Source: Flaccisagitta enflata
Lineage: Eukaryota
Length of the DNA stretch: 64,000 nt
NCBI GenBank assembly: GCA_965153355.1
Contig: OZ231126.1
Span: forward strand, 36,642,001-36,706,000
Direction of reading: 5' to 3'
The position numbers and the translations under genes are program-made. This document shows, one piece after another, positions 36,652 to 49,115 of the stretch. Under the pieces are notes generated by a model. It was not told the DNA's origin and made no database searches. It saw only the letters and a list, made by a program, of their open reading frames with translations. The first letter of the stretch is position 1; every line of letters starts with the position of its first letter.

Positions 36652-36968
36652 GCCTTCTCTCCCTTTCTCTCTAATTTTCACCGTTTGTTTGCCCTTTTTC
36701 CTTTTCTTTCCGTCTCATGTGTTGTATCTTTTTTCTATTGGATCAACTCAAGTTTTGGGTGGTTTTCCCAACAGAGTTGTTATTGCAGCCGTCTAATTTA
36801 AGTGAAAGAATTCATTTCGATTTCTGTAAAGGTTTGTCTGTTGTTTTGTCTTATCCTTCTTTTGTCCGCTTCTATCTTGAGTGTGTTTTTGTCTTACTGT
36901 CTGTCTGTCTGTCTGTCTGTCTGTCTGCCTGTTTGTCTACTTGTCTCTGTGTCTTCAAGTATGTTTGC

Positions 36969-37035
<67 letters not shown>

Positions 37036-37582
37036 AAATTTGTGAGAAAAATCTTCTAACGACAGAGAGCAATCGGGCCATCAATGTATCAAAAACATCT
37101 TCTTCTTGAAAGACACTGAAATAACAAACATTTTCAAAGAAAATAAAAGATCACGTGCGCTCCCTTATCATTCTACTCTCAACTCTTAGTCTCCATTGGC
37201 CAAACCTTTTTTTTTCAAGATTGTCCTGTTCAAATAAAAAGAAAAAAAAAAAAGAATGGGAGTTTGGGGTAAAAAAAAATGAATTAAGGCCAGCCCACCA
37301 TCGATGAAAACCTAGAATGTTGTCCCATGCGAATATTTAATCTCTGAATTTGTCCTTGAATTTCTTAACTCTACACTTGTTTATTTTTCCCTCCTACATT
37401 TTCTTCAGTATTGTATCTATTTCCAAGCGTGCTACAGATGATATGCCACATGGGCGACTTGCTTTTGGGAGTATACAATCGATTTATTGTCTAATCAGAT
37501 TGATTATCATTTTTTTATTCGCCTACACACGACTATATAACCCGCTATGTCGGTCGGATGGTCGGTCGGTTGGTTAAACTTA

Positions 37583-39422
37583 CACTCATATGAAAGTTGG
37601 ACAACATTACTACTCAACCCTACTTTACCTAAGGATGAGAGCCTTTTGAGCTCTCACTGGTGTTTAATTCGGACCCATCACAACTATCCTTAATAATGAA
37701 AAACAACCAAGTCTATCTTAACATTATAATGAAATCGTTCAAAAAAAAAAAAAAACAATTCAACCAAACCGAAAAAATCAATAATATTAACCTGTTTGCT
37801 ACAAGTGCCAATGACAAGAAAGAGTGCCAGATGAGTGTGCTGAACCGGCAGGAACTAATCAAAAGTCCCTCACATCCATCTGATCTCTCCATTTTAAAGG
37901 GCTCATACAACCCACAACTTAAAATCAAAATCTTCTCCACTGACTGAGACCATTTTCTCAAACATTCCATGTCAACCTAAAATAAGAAGACGCAAAGTAG
38001 TTAGCACATCCCTATTGTTTACAGTGGACAAATTACCAAATGATAATGTAGCTATCCAAAGATAATCTAGACATCAAAGGCAATGTTGTTAAAAACCATA
38101 CCATTAGAGGCAAGAATCGAGAATCAACCATATGGGATCGCCGGCATTCTATACCATGGTACTGAAATTTATGAAAGTTGGACAACATTACTACTCAACC
38201 CTACTTTACCTAAGGATGAGAGCCTTTGGAGCTCTCACTGGTGTTTTATCCGGACCCATCACAACTATCCTTAATAATGAAAAACAACCAAGTCTATCTT
38301 AACACTATCATGAAATCGTTCAAAAAAACAATTCAACCAAACAAAAAAAATCAATAATTTTAACCTGTTTGCTACAAGTGCCAATGACAAGAAAGAGTGC
38401 CTGATGAGTGTGCTGAACTGGCGGGGCCTAATCCAAAGACCCTCACATCCATCTGATCTTCCCACTGTAAAGGGCTCATGCAACCCACAACATAAAATCA
38501 AAATCTTCTCCACTGATTGAGACCATTTTCTCAAACATTCCATGTCAACCCAAAATAAGAAGACGCAAAGTAGTTAGCACATCCCTATTGTTTACAGTGG
38601 ACAAATTACCAAATGATAATGTAGCTATCCAAAGATAATCTAGACATCAAAGGCAATGTTGTTAAAAACCATACCATTAGAGGCAAGAATCCAGAATCAA
38701 CCATATGGGATCGCCGGCATTCTATACCATGGTACTGAAATATATGAAAGTTGGACCCATCACAACTATCCTTAATAATGAAAAACAACCAAGTCTATCT
38801 TAACATTATCATGAAATCGTTCAAAAAAACAATTCAACCAAACAAAAAAAATCAATAATTCTAACCAAAGCTATCCAAAGATAATCTAGACATCAAAGGC
38901 AATGTTGTTAAAAACCATACCACTAAGAACCACTAAGTACCTTGTTTTTAAGAACTTTCAGGCTCAGATAAGGAAAAAAATAAGAACAATTGTAAGAACA
39001 TTGTCAGCCTCAAATCTGGGGGAATCTAAGAGCAACTGAACCTCATTCGTCGCCGCTAAGAACAATCCTTTCTATGATAGGTGGATCAACATCCCTCACA
39101 ATTCTCAAACTGAAATCGATGAAAAAGGGCCTTGTGAACCCACACTGACCAGTTAATACGCGCACCACTCCTAGTTTTCCATAAAACACAATCTGAAAAA
39201 CACCCCATCTAATCTAGGCCAAACGCAAACTGCTTACCAAAAGTAATCAAGGGCAATGATTGTTACCTAATTAACCAAAATTCAACAAGTCACATTCCAG
39301 CTCTGGCTGGAGAATTGAAAAATAAGAACACCGTAAGAACAAAGTGAACCTCAAATTGACTTAAAAATAAGAACACTGAGCCTCAGAAACAAATTTTATG
39401 TTCTTATAAAAACAAATGAGTG
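37583..39422. mobile_element. TAAGAAC-family MITE whose left TIR is split by a satellite array
   Basis: Right TIR GTTCTTATAAAAACAAATGAGTG|TA; left TIR TA|CACTCAT ... TTGTTTTTAAGAAC resumes near 38942. Confidence 0.7.
37590..38923 (+). repeat. Tandem array of a ~573-bp satellite unit (about 2 full units plus deleted partial units)
   Basis: TCAAAGGCAATG at 38074, 38647 and 38893; ATGAAAGTTGGAC at 37590, 38171 and ~38744. Confidence 0.92.
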
Positions 39423-39507
39423 TAGTTTGTTTTGTTTTTTGTTTTCTTTTTTTTGCGCTTATGGGCGGCTTTTGCATTACTGCTTTTGCCCAAATGCTTG
39501 GTTAACC

Positions 39508-40258
39508 TTTTTGGGCAGCGACCCCGGAGGGGTCGATGACCTGTGGTTCCACACAGGGCAATTTTTCCGAGCTAATGTCAGTGTCCCCCCCCCCGAAGCC
39601 CCAAATCAGGCCTCTGAGACCTCAGAGCAGGCCTCTAAGACCTCAAATCAGGCCTCTCAGACCCCAAATCAGGCCACTCAGACCTCAAAGCAGGCCTCTC
39701 AGACCCTAAATCAGGCCTCTCAGACCTCTTATCAGGCCTTTTAGGCCCCAACTCAGGCCTCTGGACCTCTTATCAGGCCTCTCAGACCCCAAATCAGGCC
39801 TCTCAGACCCCAAATCAGGCCTCTTAGACCCCAAGTCAGGCCTCTCAGACCTCTTATCAGGCCTCTTAGGCCCCAACTGAGGCCTCCAAACCTCTTTTCA
39901 GGCCTTTCAGACCCCAAATCAGGCCTCTCAGACCACAAATCTGGCCTCTCAAACTACAAATCAGGCCTCTCAGACCTCTTTTCAGGCTTCTTAGGCCTTA
40001 TCTCAGGCCTCCCAGACCTCTTATCAGGCCTCTCGGAACCTATATCAGGCCTCTCACACCCCAGATCAGACCTTATGGACCCCAGATTAGACTTCTCAGA
40101 CCCAAGATCATGCCTCCCAAAACAAAATTGCCCTGTGTGGAATCATAGGTCATCGACCCCTCCAGGGCCGCTGCCCCATTACCTCATCACTACAATACTA
40201 AATGATATCAATGGGGCATCGGGAACCGCTGACCATAATGACGCTTTAGCGGCCTGTT
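39508..40258 (+). mobile_element. Family B4 element with 21-bp array (TCAGGCCTCTCAGACCCCAAA)n
   Basis: TTTTTGGGCAGCGACCCCGGAGGGGTCGATGACCTGTGGTTCCACACAGGGCAATTT / AAATTGCCCTGTGTGGAATCATAGGTCATCGACCCCTCCAGGGCCGCTGCCC; ACCGCTGACCA tail. Confidence 0.88.
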
Positions 40259-40508
40259 ATCACTGCCCCTGCCCACTTACACGCGGCTTGGGTGGCCGTG
40301 TATCTCACCTTGTTTGCCAAAGAGAAATGCGCAAAGTTTTCCTGTTCAAACAATAGTCGCCCTTTTATACTGCAGATGATCATAAGCTCGGTTTGGCTTC
40401 CTAATCATTGGCATTGTATTTTCATTTCTTTAAAGACAATGTAACTATCCCATCCTGCTTATGTCGCTGTCTCTCTGTTTCTGTCTCTCTGTCTCTCTGT
40501 CTCTCTCT

Positions 40509-40559
<51 letters not shown>

Positions 40560-40713
40560 TTATACCGCTACATCTGCCACGTTTTGTATTCCACTTCATT
40601 TTATACTCTTTTCTTTTTTACCCGCCATTGGACTGGCTTAACCCCGTTTGACCCTCTACTCCGCGAATCGCGATCGATCCACACTTTTTTATGTTCTGTT
40701 TTTTTTTTGTTTT

Positions 40714-41062
40714 TTTTTATGAGTCACTTGCAACGCGATTTTATAAGCCCGTCCGTCGGTCCGTCCATCGCGTTTTTTGATTGAACGCGTTTTCGCGTCG
40801 CCGCTCTTGTCAAGGTGCATGAATAGCCTCCTACAAAATTGTCCCAGCCCACCCGCGACTATGACGACTGTGTGTTCGACCTTGTTTTTCAGTGGCGTGC
40901 TTCGTGACTCTACACCCCGCAATGTCGGTCCATTAAATTGGTTAGCTGGCCGGTTGGTTCCTGGTTTTAGCTCACCACTCCCACCCGAATACCGTAGCGA
41001 CGTGCTCTATCACTGCCCCTACCCACCGGCCCGTGACTAGGGTATTCGTGTATCCGGCCTTG
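40714..41062 (+). mobile_element. Two diverged family A elements, head-to-tail
   Basis: Junction CCTTGTTTTTCAGTGGCGTGC near 40885; each copy has a CCGT tract and a GTGT..CC..CCTTG end. Confidence 0.6.
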
Positions 41063-42051
41063 CTCTATTCTTGTTTTCTTCTTTCAACCTTTCAAGTCTC
41101 CTTTCTAACAGATGCCGCTCAAGCGGGGCCTCACACACGCCGGGTCCGAAACGAGGCGTTTGTATCCCAATGACTGTCCCTTGCAAAAACAGTAACAAAT
41201 TTTGAAAATATTAAAGTGACTTAAAAAGAAATTTAGGAATTAATGAGAAAGACGGAACAAAAACCAAATGCTAATGTAACTCCTGGTGTTAACTGTATAT
41301 AAGAAGAGTTAAATACAAAAATGCAACTCAACTCAGCGTCAAATTGATAAATGAACAAGAAAAACAAAACATAAATATTTGCTTTTTTATTCTCCAAGTA
41401 ATGGACAAAAGAAAAAAAAAGTTCATCTCCAAGAAAAACCACGAGGCTTAATTTTGTATAACACCAAAAAAGCTCGACTATAAATGAAAAGGAAAAAAAT
41501 AATTGAAATCTGAAAAAAAAGAAGAAAAAGAGCTCGTGCATAGTCAAATAAGCAGAATCCATTTCACTAATCGGATTTTATCTAATTCGAGGTAAGTCAA
41601 GGTTTAGTGAGCAGTCGGCCCTTCCTTCCACTCCCTACCTCCCCCCTCCTCCCCTTCCCCCAATTTTTGTATAAAACACACGTATGCAGTCGACTTTCAC
41701 GATGTTTTGTGTAAATGCAGCCTGATTATCTTGGATGTGTGATAACTCCAAAATTTGCCACTTCCACCTAGCATTTTAAGACCAGGTGAAGATTGAATCT
41801 ACGTTTGTAAATAGTGGAAATTATAAACAAGTTGTGATTTTCATTATATTGCATCATTCATAATCAATGATCCTTTATCTCAAGACCTTTCTGCCATATT
41901 GGGCACAAATTGAGTTAATTATTTATCCCTGACTCCCAGAAGCCTTTTTTAAAAAAAGTTCTGATTTTTTCATTTGAATTCTCTCATTATTCAAGACCGA
42001 TTCGAATGCAAGACCAGCTTTTACCGCGTTCATACAAGTAAAGATCTGCTA

Positions 42052-43228
42052 CAGGGTGTTTCACATCAACTGAAATATAAAAAAACGATGTCATTTTGCT
42101 TCTAAAAATGAGACACCAATTCTGAAAACAGATTTAATGAGCACTTAAGCTCTAATTTTTTATGTAAAAAATTCATTGGCCTAAGTTAAAAAGTTTGGCC
42201 ACAATGGTGATTTGAAGTAAAATGAACATTTTGAGTCAATGCTCTTATGTCGGGGTGCAAACGATGGTCAAGTTTCGGTTTCAGACTCTTTCTATAACTA
42301 TATTAATGACCCAATTATAATTTTTTGATAAAACTTATAGTTTTGTTATTTAGAATTATCTTATTAGTAAAAAAAAATCTATTATGATATAGGCATTGCT
42401 TCATTTTATTGATAAAGACAAGAAAATATCACTCAAAGTGATAGATTCTTTCAAAATGATAGAGCAAAAATTCAAAACCTGTGAGGGGAAAATTCTAAGA
42501 TTTGAACAAATTGAACAATTTTGCATTTCTAAGAACATGGCTCTCATCTTATATGTTCTTAGAATGAGGCCATGTTTTTCAAAATGCAAAATTTTACATT
42601 CAAAGAGAGTCTTAGAATTTTCCCTAACACAGGTCAAGTTGCAAAATCATTTTTTTTAGAACTCCTTCATATTTTTTCCCCTTTTTATTTTCTCAGCGCT
42701 CTTTTTTATTGTCTACTAAAACTTTTCTATGCAAAATTAAAATGAATTCACTAAAATTATTACATTTTTTGATGAAAAAAATCTTAAATTGTAAGATTTA
42801 CAATATTGAAAAAATTGGTTTGACTCATGAAATTTGATCTTCGTTTGCACCTCAACTTATGTGGCATGTATCTCTTTAAATTGCTCTCATTTCTAAATGG
42901 CGTAAGCTACAGATCCCGGGTTGGTCTCAAATGAAAGATACTCAAATTTTCTTTCATTTGAGTCCAATCTGGCATCTGTGGCTCAAACCGTTTGGACATA
43001 GGAGTGATTTTAAGCAAAAACTCTAAGATAGAAAAAACATTGATTGTGAACATTCATTTTACTTCAAATCTATATTGTGGCTAAACTACTCAACTTAGCC
43101 CAATGAAATTTTTACATAAAAAATCGGAGCTTAAAGGCTCTTTGAATCTTTTTTTCAGAATTGTTTTCCCATTTTTAGAAGCAGAATGATATCGTTTTCT
43201 TATATTTCAGTTGATGTGAAACACCCTG
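42052..43228. mobile_element. 1177-bp Tc1/mariner-type MITE
   Basis: TA|CAGGGTGTTTCACATCAACTGAAATATAA ... TTATATTTCAGTTGATGTGAAACACCCTG|TA; TIR about 180 bp; no transposase ORF. Confidence 0.92.
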
Positions 43229-44654
43229 TACAACTCTTTGAATAGTAACAGACACTCGTCAATGACAGTAGGCTCGAGAAATTGCAAGCATTTTGTCACT
43301 TTTTTATGCAAAATTTCGTTTCGCTTTTTTCAGTTGTGACTGGAAATCAAACTGAGAATTTAGTATCAATAACAGAAAAGTACTTGATTACCTGATCAAG
43401 ATTCTTGTTTCTTAAACGTCCTGTCTGAGTGTGTCTAAAAAGATAAAAATGAAATTGTCATTCGATCAGCAGATAAGAGTAATTTTTTTACACATTTTTT
43501 AACACGACTCACTCTAGCTGCCAACAAGTTATTTTGTTGTTTTTAGTCACGTACGACGCGACTCTGAAGGTCACTTTGTCCGTCGTTTAGTCGGATGGTT
43601 TATCGGTTGGTTACGAATGTGGAATTTCGAAAAATTGTCATAGTCCCCTGATTAAAGTCCATGGACGTTTGTGACAGTTTTGATTTCTTCTTTTTTCTTC
43701 ATTTTTGTCCGAAAATTTTTTTGAAAGGTCTGACTTGCGCGATAGTGTTTTTATGAACCCGTTATCTCTCATTTCTCGCGAGTTTCTGTTCTTGTTACAT
43801 GTTTATCTATCGTATCAGTATCAAACGTCAAGGCCATATGAGAAAGATGCTACGACTGAGGTTATTATGCTGATAAGATTAACATATGTTTTGATGGGCA
43901 ACTGGTAGAAAATATGGGAAGAGTTTTATTTTTGCAAGCGGGGGTGCGACGTGGCTCTATGATGAATATCTAAATCATTGGCGAGGCCAAACTCGTGTCA
44001 TCCAAAATTTCGCGTTACCTACCTTCTGACACACCCTCTTTTATAGAGTCAAAAATGGATCGACAAACGAACTGACGATGATTAATTAGAAAGAGTAGAT
44101 GGAAAAGTGCATAGAAATGATAAAACAAACTATCTCTCCGGCGAGAAATTGTGTCTGTGATGTGTGATAGCGCAGACAGAAAAGACGGCAATAAAAGACT
44201 ATTGTACCTAGCCTGGAAATTGTCCTATTCTCCTTTTCTCCTATTCTCTCCTATTCTCCTATTCTCCTGCCATTGATTGTTTAATCTGTCGTTTTATTGC
44301 CTTTTTTTCCTCTTCACTAATGAATGTAGATTTAATACTTAGTATTGGTTGAGGTGCCTTGTTCGTTCGCAATAATTAAACCTCGTTTTGTTGTTTTCTT
44401 TTTTTTTTATTAAATAACTTCCCCAGTGCGAATTTGTTGCACACCTTTTTTTTGTAGTTGTGGATTGGATATAAAATCATAAAACTATCATAAGTTAGCT
44501 CATAAAAACAATAGTACCTTTTAGCGTGGGGTTAAACGGAATCAGAGATTTTTGAAGAGCTTTAAAAAGTTTGCCCTTCAGGACTCTTTATTCCGTTTTC
44601 ACTCAAGACGGACCATTGACGAGCCTGCGCACAGCCGGGATAATAAGTGACACT

Positions 44655-44825
44655 TCGTTGTCGTCGTCGACGTCATCGTTGTTTTCCTCGTTATATTCGT
44701 CGTCGTCGTTGGTGTCAACTTCGTTGTCGTCTTCATCATTAACGTCGCCATTCTTGTCGTCGTCGTTGTCAGTCGTTGTCGTCGTCGTCGTCGTCTTCGT
44801 CAGCGTCGTCGTCGTCGTCGTCGTT
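44655..44825. repeat. Degenerate (GTC)n trinucleotide tract
   Basis: Direct inspection. Confidence 0.85.
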
Positions 44826-45867
44826 GTTTGTTTTCGTGGTAGGGTTAAGGGGTTCCGCGACTCGAAGCCTTTCTCCGCCCAGCGGCTTGAAAAGTCAAGA
44901 TTGTGGATGTTTCGAGAGAGAAAAGATTTGAGAACAGATTTGAAGAAGATTGACACTTTTTGACTTTTGTTTGAAAAATCATCGACGGGGCGAAGCGGAG
45001 AGAAACCGCGCAAGAGGCAGTTTCAGAGACATTTTCACCGTGAATGACGCACGCTGGGTTTAAATCCTCCAAATTAGCCTTTAAGAAAAATAAAGACAGA
45101 CAGATAGATACGGCCGATTTTAGCGATGCAAGCAAACATCCTAGATTACTTTGGTATCAAAATATTTGTTTTGGTATATTTATATTTCAACAAATCAGTT
45201 CATTTCATATTGAATGGGCTCCGAAGAATTAATCAACAACTCACCATCATTCCACCAATACATCAATACATTCTTTAAAAATTATATTGTAGACCATCAC
45301 TCACTAGAGAGTCAGCTATCTCGAAGTTCGCGCGTGTCCAACCCTCAGTGCAATTACCGCCGTGTTCCTCCTCGGCCCCGGCGCCATGATTTATTCCTCA
45401 CATAACAACAAATTTGTATCTCATTTTTCATTCTTAGAATTATATTAGTTAGCAACGGCTGACCCAAAGCCAAAGGTTTTGGCCCTAAGCTTAAAGTTTA
45501 CTTTCCATCTTCACCATTGTCATGTATTATTTGTTATGAAAAGAAAAAAAGGGTTCAGAGCCCCGGATGAAAAAATGAGAATAAAGAAATCTCGTTAGTG
45601 TCATATAAAAAGAATAATCATAACAGTAAGAATATCGCTCGCTTTTGTCATGGATGATAGTTATTGCTAAATGCTCGCTTCCTGTATCTAATCCTTTTTC
45701 CTTATTCATAATACACAAGACGCATTATTGTCCTTTTAGGATTTTCTTTTTAGACTTGTCGCTATCTTCCATCTAAAGTTCGAAACCAGCTGTCTTATTA
45801 AGTGTATAACAGATGTAATATCTGCTAATTGACCAAATAGTTGGAAAATCGAATATAATTAGGCAGA

Positions 45868-46445
45868 GTGGACCGCGTTGCCGGAGATTCTTTGTCGTTG
45901 ATTCTACGCGTGGGCGATTCTAATGTTCTTCTTTTTTTGTTTACTTTTTTTTCTGTCCTTTTTTTTCATCCGCGGCAAATGTTTCGGTTGACCACGACTA
46001 CGAAATGGGTCTATCGGCTGGACAGTAGACAGTGCACACTCAGACTTGACATTTTTGCAATTAGGAACAGTAGACCGCGTCGCTTGAGATTTTTTGCCGC
46101 TAATTTTGCGCGTGGGCGATTCTAATGTTCTTCTTTTCTCGTTTCTCGTTCATTTTCTTTGTGTCCTTTTTTTTCTCATTGGCAGTGATTGTCGAGGTTG
46201 ACCATGATCACGGAATGGGTCGATCGGCTGAACAGTAGACACTCTGACATGACATTTTTGCAATCAGTCACGAGATGTTTTGCCTTTCATTTTGCGCGTG
46301 GACGATTCTAATGTTCTTTTTTTTTTCCTGTCCTTTTTCTTGTCGGCAGCGATTGTTGAGGTTGACCACGATCATGATGAATTGGTCTCTTGGCTGGACA
46401 GTAGACAGTAGACACTCAGACAGGATACTTTTGCGATTAGGCCGA
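45868..46445 (+). repeat. Diverged tandem repeat, ~190-200-bp unit, three copies
   Basis: CGCGTGG(G/A)CGATTCTAATGTTCTT at 45907, 46109 and 46295, each followed by GTTGACCA..GGCTG.ACAGTAGACA. Confidence 0.85.
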
Positions 46446-46456
46446 GGGATTTGCGT

Positions 46457-46727
46457 CAGGCGTGTATCATGTTGAGTATTCCCCCCCCCCATGGTTTGGA
46501 GATGGGAAGAAAATCAAAAGCTTGAAAAAAAGAAAAAAAGAGATTTTTTTGAAGATTTAACACTATTGGCAGTACCAAAAGGTGAAATGTAATTACTACA
46601 CCACAATTTAACACTATCAAAACCTAAAATATACTGTTTTATAGCTTTGAGGGTAAAAAAATCAAAGATTTTTTTAACGCGACGCGACGTGTCGCTGGGA
46701 AGAAAATCAAATGCGGGGGGGGGGGGA
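46457..46727. mobile_element. Truncated copy of the hAT-like MITE (inverted relative to 48823-49115)
   Basis: CAGGCGTGTATCATGTTGAGT..TGGAGATGGGAAGAAAATCAAAAG..CGCGACGCG..AAATCAAATGCGGGGGG. Confidence 0.7.
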
Positions 46728-47074
46728 AATAAAGTCACCCTAATTCTGATATTCAATCTTAAATGCATGTTTATGATCCACTGCATTAGAGGGACATGTC
46801 ACTTTTTTATGCATTACGACCATTAACGCTCTTCTTTAGCTGGAAAAAACCTTTTCCTCTGTTAAAATTTCTTATCTTTTAAACTCTTTCGAGCAAATAC
46901 AAATATGTCCGCTGTCTTTGGAGAGTGAAACATGTCAAGCATCAGAAGTGGATGTAACCAAAGAGGAGAGGAATAAGAAGTCGTGATGGATTAATGATGA
47001 TGCCTGAGATTCATGAGGAGGCTTGGATGGATGCTCGGCCTGCGTGAGAACATCATGACTGAATCCAATGCTTG

Positions 47075-47087
47075 AGAAAGAAAGAAA

Positions 47088-47132
<45 letters not shown>

Positions 47133-47149
47133 CAGAAAGGCAGAAAGGC

Positions 47150-47235
<86 letters not shown>

Positions 47236-47237
47236 GC

Positions 47238-47299
<62 letters not shown>

Positions 47300-47310
47300 G
47301 CAGAAAGAAG
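47075..47310. repeat. (GAAA)n microsatellite
   Basis: Direct inspection. Confidence 0.95.
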
Positions 47311-48051
47311 GAAGGAAAAAAAGAAGAATGGAAAAGAAAAGTAAGAATGAGATGCAGTTTGTTTGAATAAAGAATGCGTAGAGACATACCAAGCTTGTCT
47401 TTTTCCAATTACTGGCCCTTGAATCAGTGTCTGTATCAAGGGTCACATCCGAATACACTGCTCGGGGATCATTGCCCTGAAAAAAAACCCATCAAACCCT
47501 TTCCATGCTTTTTAGCTTATTCTTATTTCCAAATACCCCCTTTCACACTCAACGCATCGTTGCCCATATCCTCCCCTTGCCAGTTATTAACCAACCACCT
47601 CACCCTCCCGAAACACCATCCATCAGAGGGCACTCAGCTTATGTTATGAGTTTGAATGAATCACTTGTTAGGCGGAGATGTAGATAAGAGAAACCCGAGG
47701 AGCATCTGGTGCGGATTTTAAAACCATCTCCCGTGACGTGGCAAAAACGTGAGAAAACGTAAGAGACCCATGAGAGAGAAAAAAATGAGCATGGGAACCG
47801 GTCTAATTTTGTTTGTAAATAATGTTTAAAAAGCAGAATTTTGAAATTGAAAAACGTTTTTTCTCTTCTCGATCTTTGAGAGATAGTTGCAAGTTGATCA
47901 AACATGTTCGTTGAGATAGATTTCAAAGGGCGAAAAAGACATGATCAGAGAATCTGGTTTGGAAGTTCACCACACGAAATTACGATTGCATTGAAGAAAA
48001 AATGACGTATTTACAAAAGATTCAAATTTCTTCTGTGAAACCTATTTTTAC

Positions 48052-48207
48052 ACAAGGCCGGATACACGGCAATCCAGTCGCAGACAGTTTGGCAGGAGCA
48101 GTAATGCGAAAACCGCTGGGTATTCAAAAATGTTACGGAGGGACGGACCGACCTACCAACCGACACGGGAAGGTGTAGTCGACTATTCGTGTGTTCGCGA
48201 CTAAAAA
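48052..48207 (-). mobile_element. Family A element
   Basis: ACAAGGCCGGATACACGGC..AGTCGC ... CGCGACTAAAA. Confidence 0.7.
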
Positions 48208-48591
48208 GGAGTAATTTTCCAAAGGATGTCAAGGTTAAATAATTGAAAAAAGTGATAATTTTCCTATGGAGATCTAAATTACTATTTTAAGCAAGACTTG
48301 GAATTACGTGCAAGTTTAGAGCCCGAGTACCAGTAGAGTAGGCGGAGTGGGGACCTATTTTGCATGAGTTCGCATTGGGTAGATTCAAACGGGGAAAAAT
48401 TGATCTACTCAAAAAAGATTTCAGCGGATGAGTTGCCAGCCCCACTGTCAACCCTTCAGAACATAAGCATCATACACGTTAACAGGCACAATTTCATTTC
48501 ATCTAAATATTTGGCGTAAGAGATGTGAGTGCTCTCGTATTTCCACGTCTACATCAAGGCGATATCTACTGTATCTTTGCCTGATATACAA

Positions 48592-48793
48592 TTTTTAGTC
48601 GCTGGCTAAGCGAACCAATGAGAGGCTGTGTCCGAAGGAAGTTTCGTTATGCGAAATTTTAGATGACGCGAGATCAGCCGAGAGATTTCTTGTCGTTAAA
48701 GCCCCTTCCCACCCACACGACAGCCCCCTCCCTTTTTATTGCCCCTGCCCACCCGCAAGCGACTACTTTTTGGCCGTGTATCCGGCCTTGTTT
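48592..48793 (+). mobile_element. Family A element (AGTCGCT variant)
   Basis: TTTTTAGTCGCTGGC ... GCAAGCGACTA..GGCCGTGTATCCGGCCTTGTTT. Confidence 0.7.
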
Positions 48794-48822
48794 CAATTAG
48801 GAAACTGACCTCGTGCAATTAC

Positions 48823-49115
48823 CAGGGGTGTATATTCTTGAGCCGCTTTTGATTTCCCCCCCCCCTGCCTTTGATTTTCTCCCCCGCGACGCGTCGCATT
48901 GTGTTTTTATATCTATGATTTTCTTCCCCATATATCAATAAAACTATGTAGTTAAGGTTTAAATAGTGTTAAATTGTGTTTTACTAATTGAGTTTTATGA
49001 TTTGGTACTGTAAAAAGTTATATTTTCCCCAAATTTCCTTTTTTTTTTCTTTTTCCCCCTTTGATTTCCTTCCCCATCTCCAGACCCTTTGAAAACTCAA
49101 GAATATACAGGCCTG
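48823..49115. mobile_element. 293-bp hAT-type MITE
   Basis: TIR CAGGGGTGTATATTCTTGAG / CTCAAGAATATACAGGCCTG; exact 8-bp TSD GCAATTAC. Confidence 0.92.

Larger units (their letters stand above)
37510..40316 (+). mobile_element. Family A element split by nested insertions
   Basis: 5' part 37510-37582, middle 39423-39507, 3' part 40259-40316 (CCCCTGCCCAC..CACGCGGC..GCCGTGTATC..CTTGTTT). Confidence 0.65.

Noticed and set aside
37590..38923. Satellite unit as a decayed protein-coding gene
   Set aside because: The frames examined contain several stops and no motif I recognise
42396..42659. ORFs inside the Tc1-type MITE as transposase remnants
   Set aside because: Short, AT-rich and lacking DDE or HTH motifs
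44603..45013. 136-aa Thr/Asp-rich ORF
   Set aside because: Largely produced by a (GAC)n tract, starts at a non-ATG codon and has no recognisable domain
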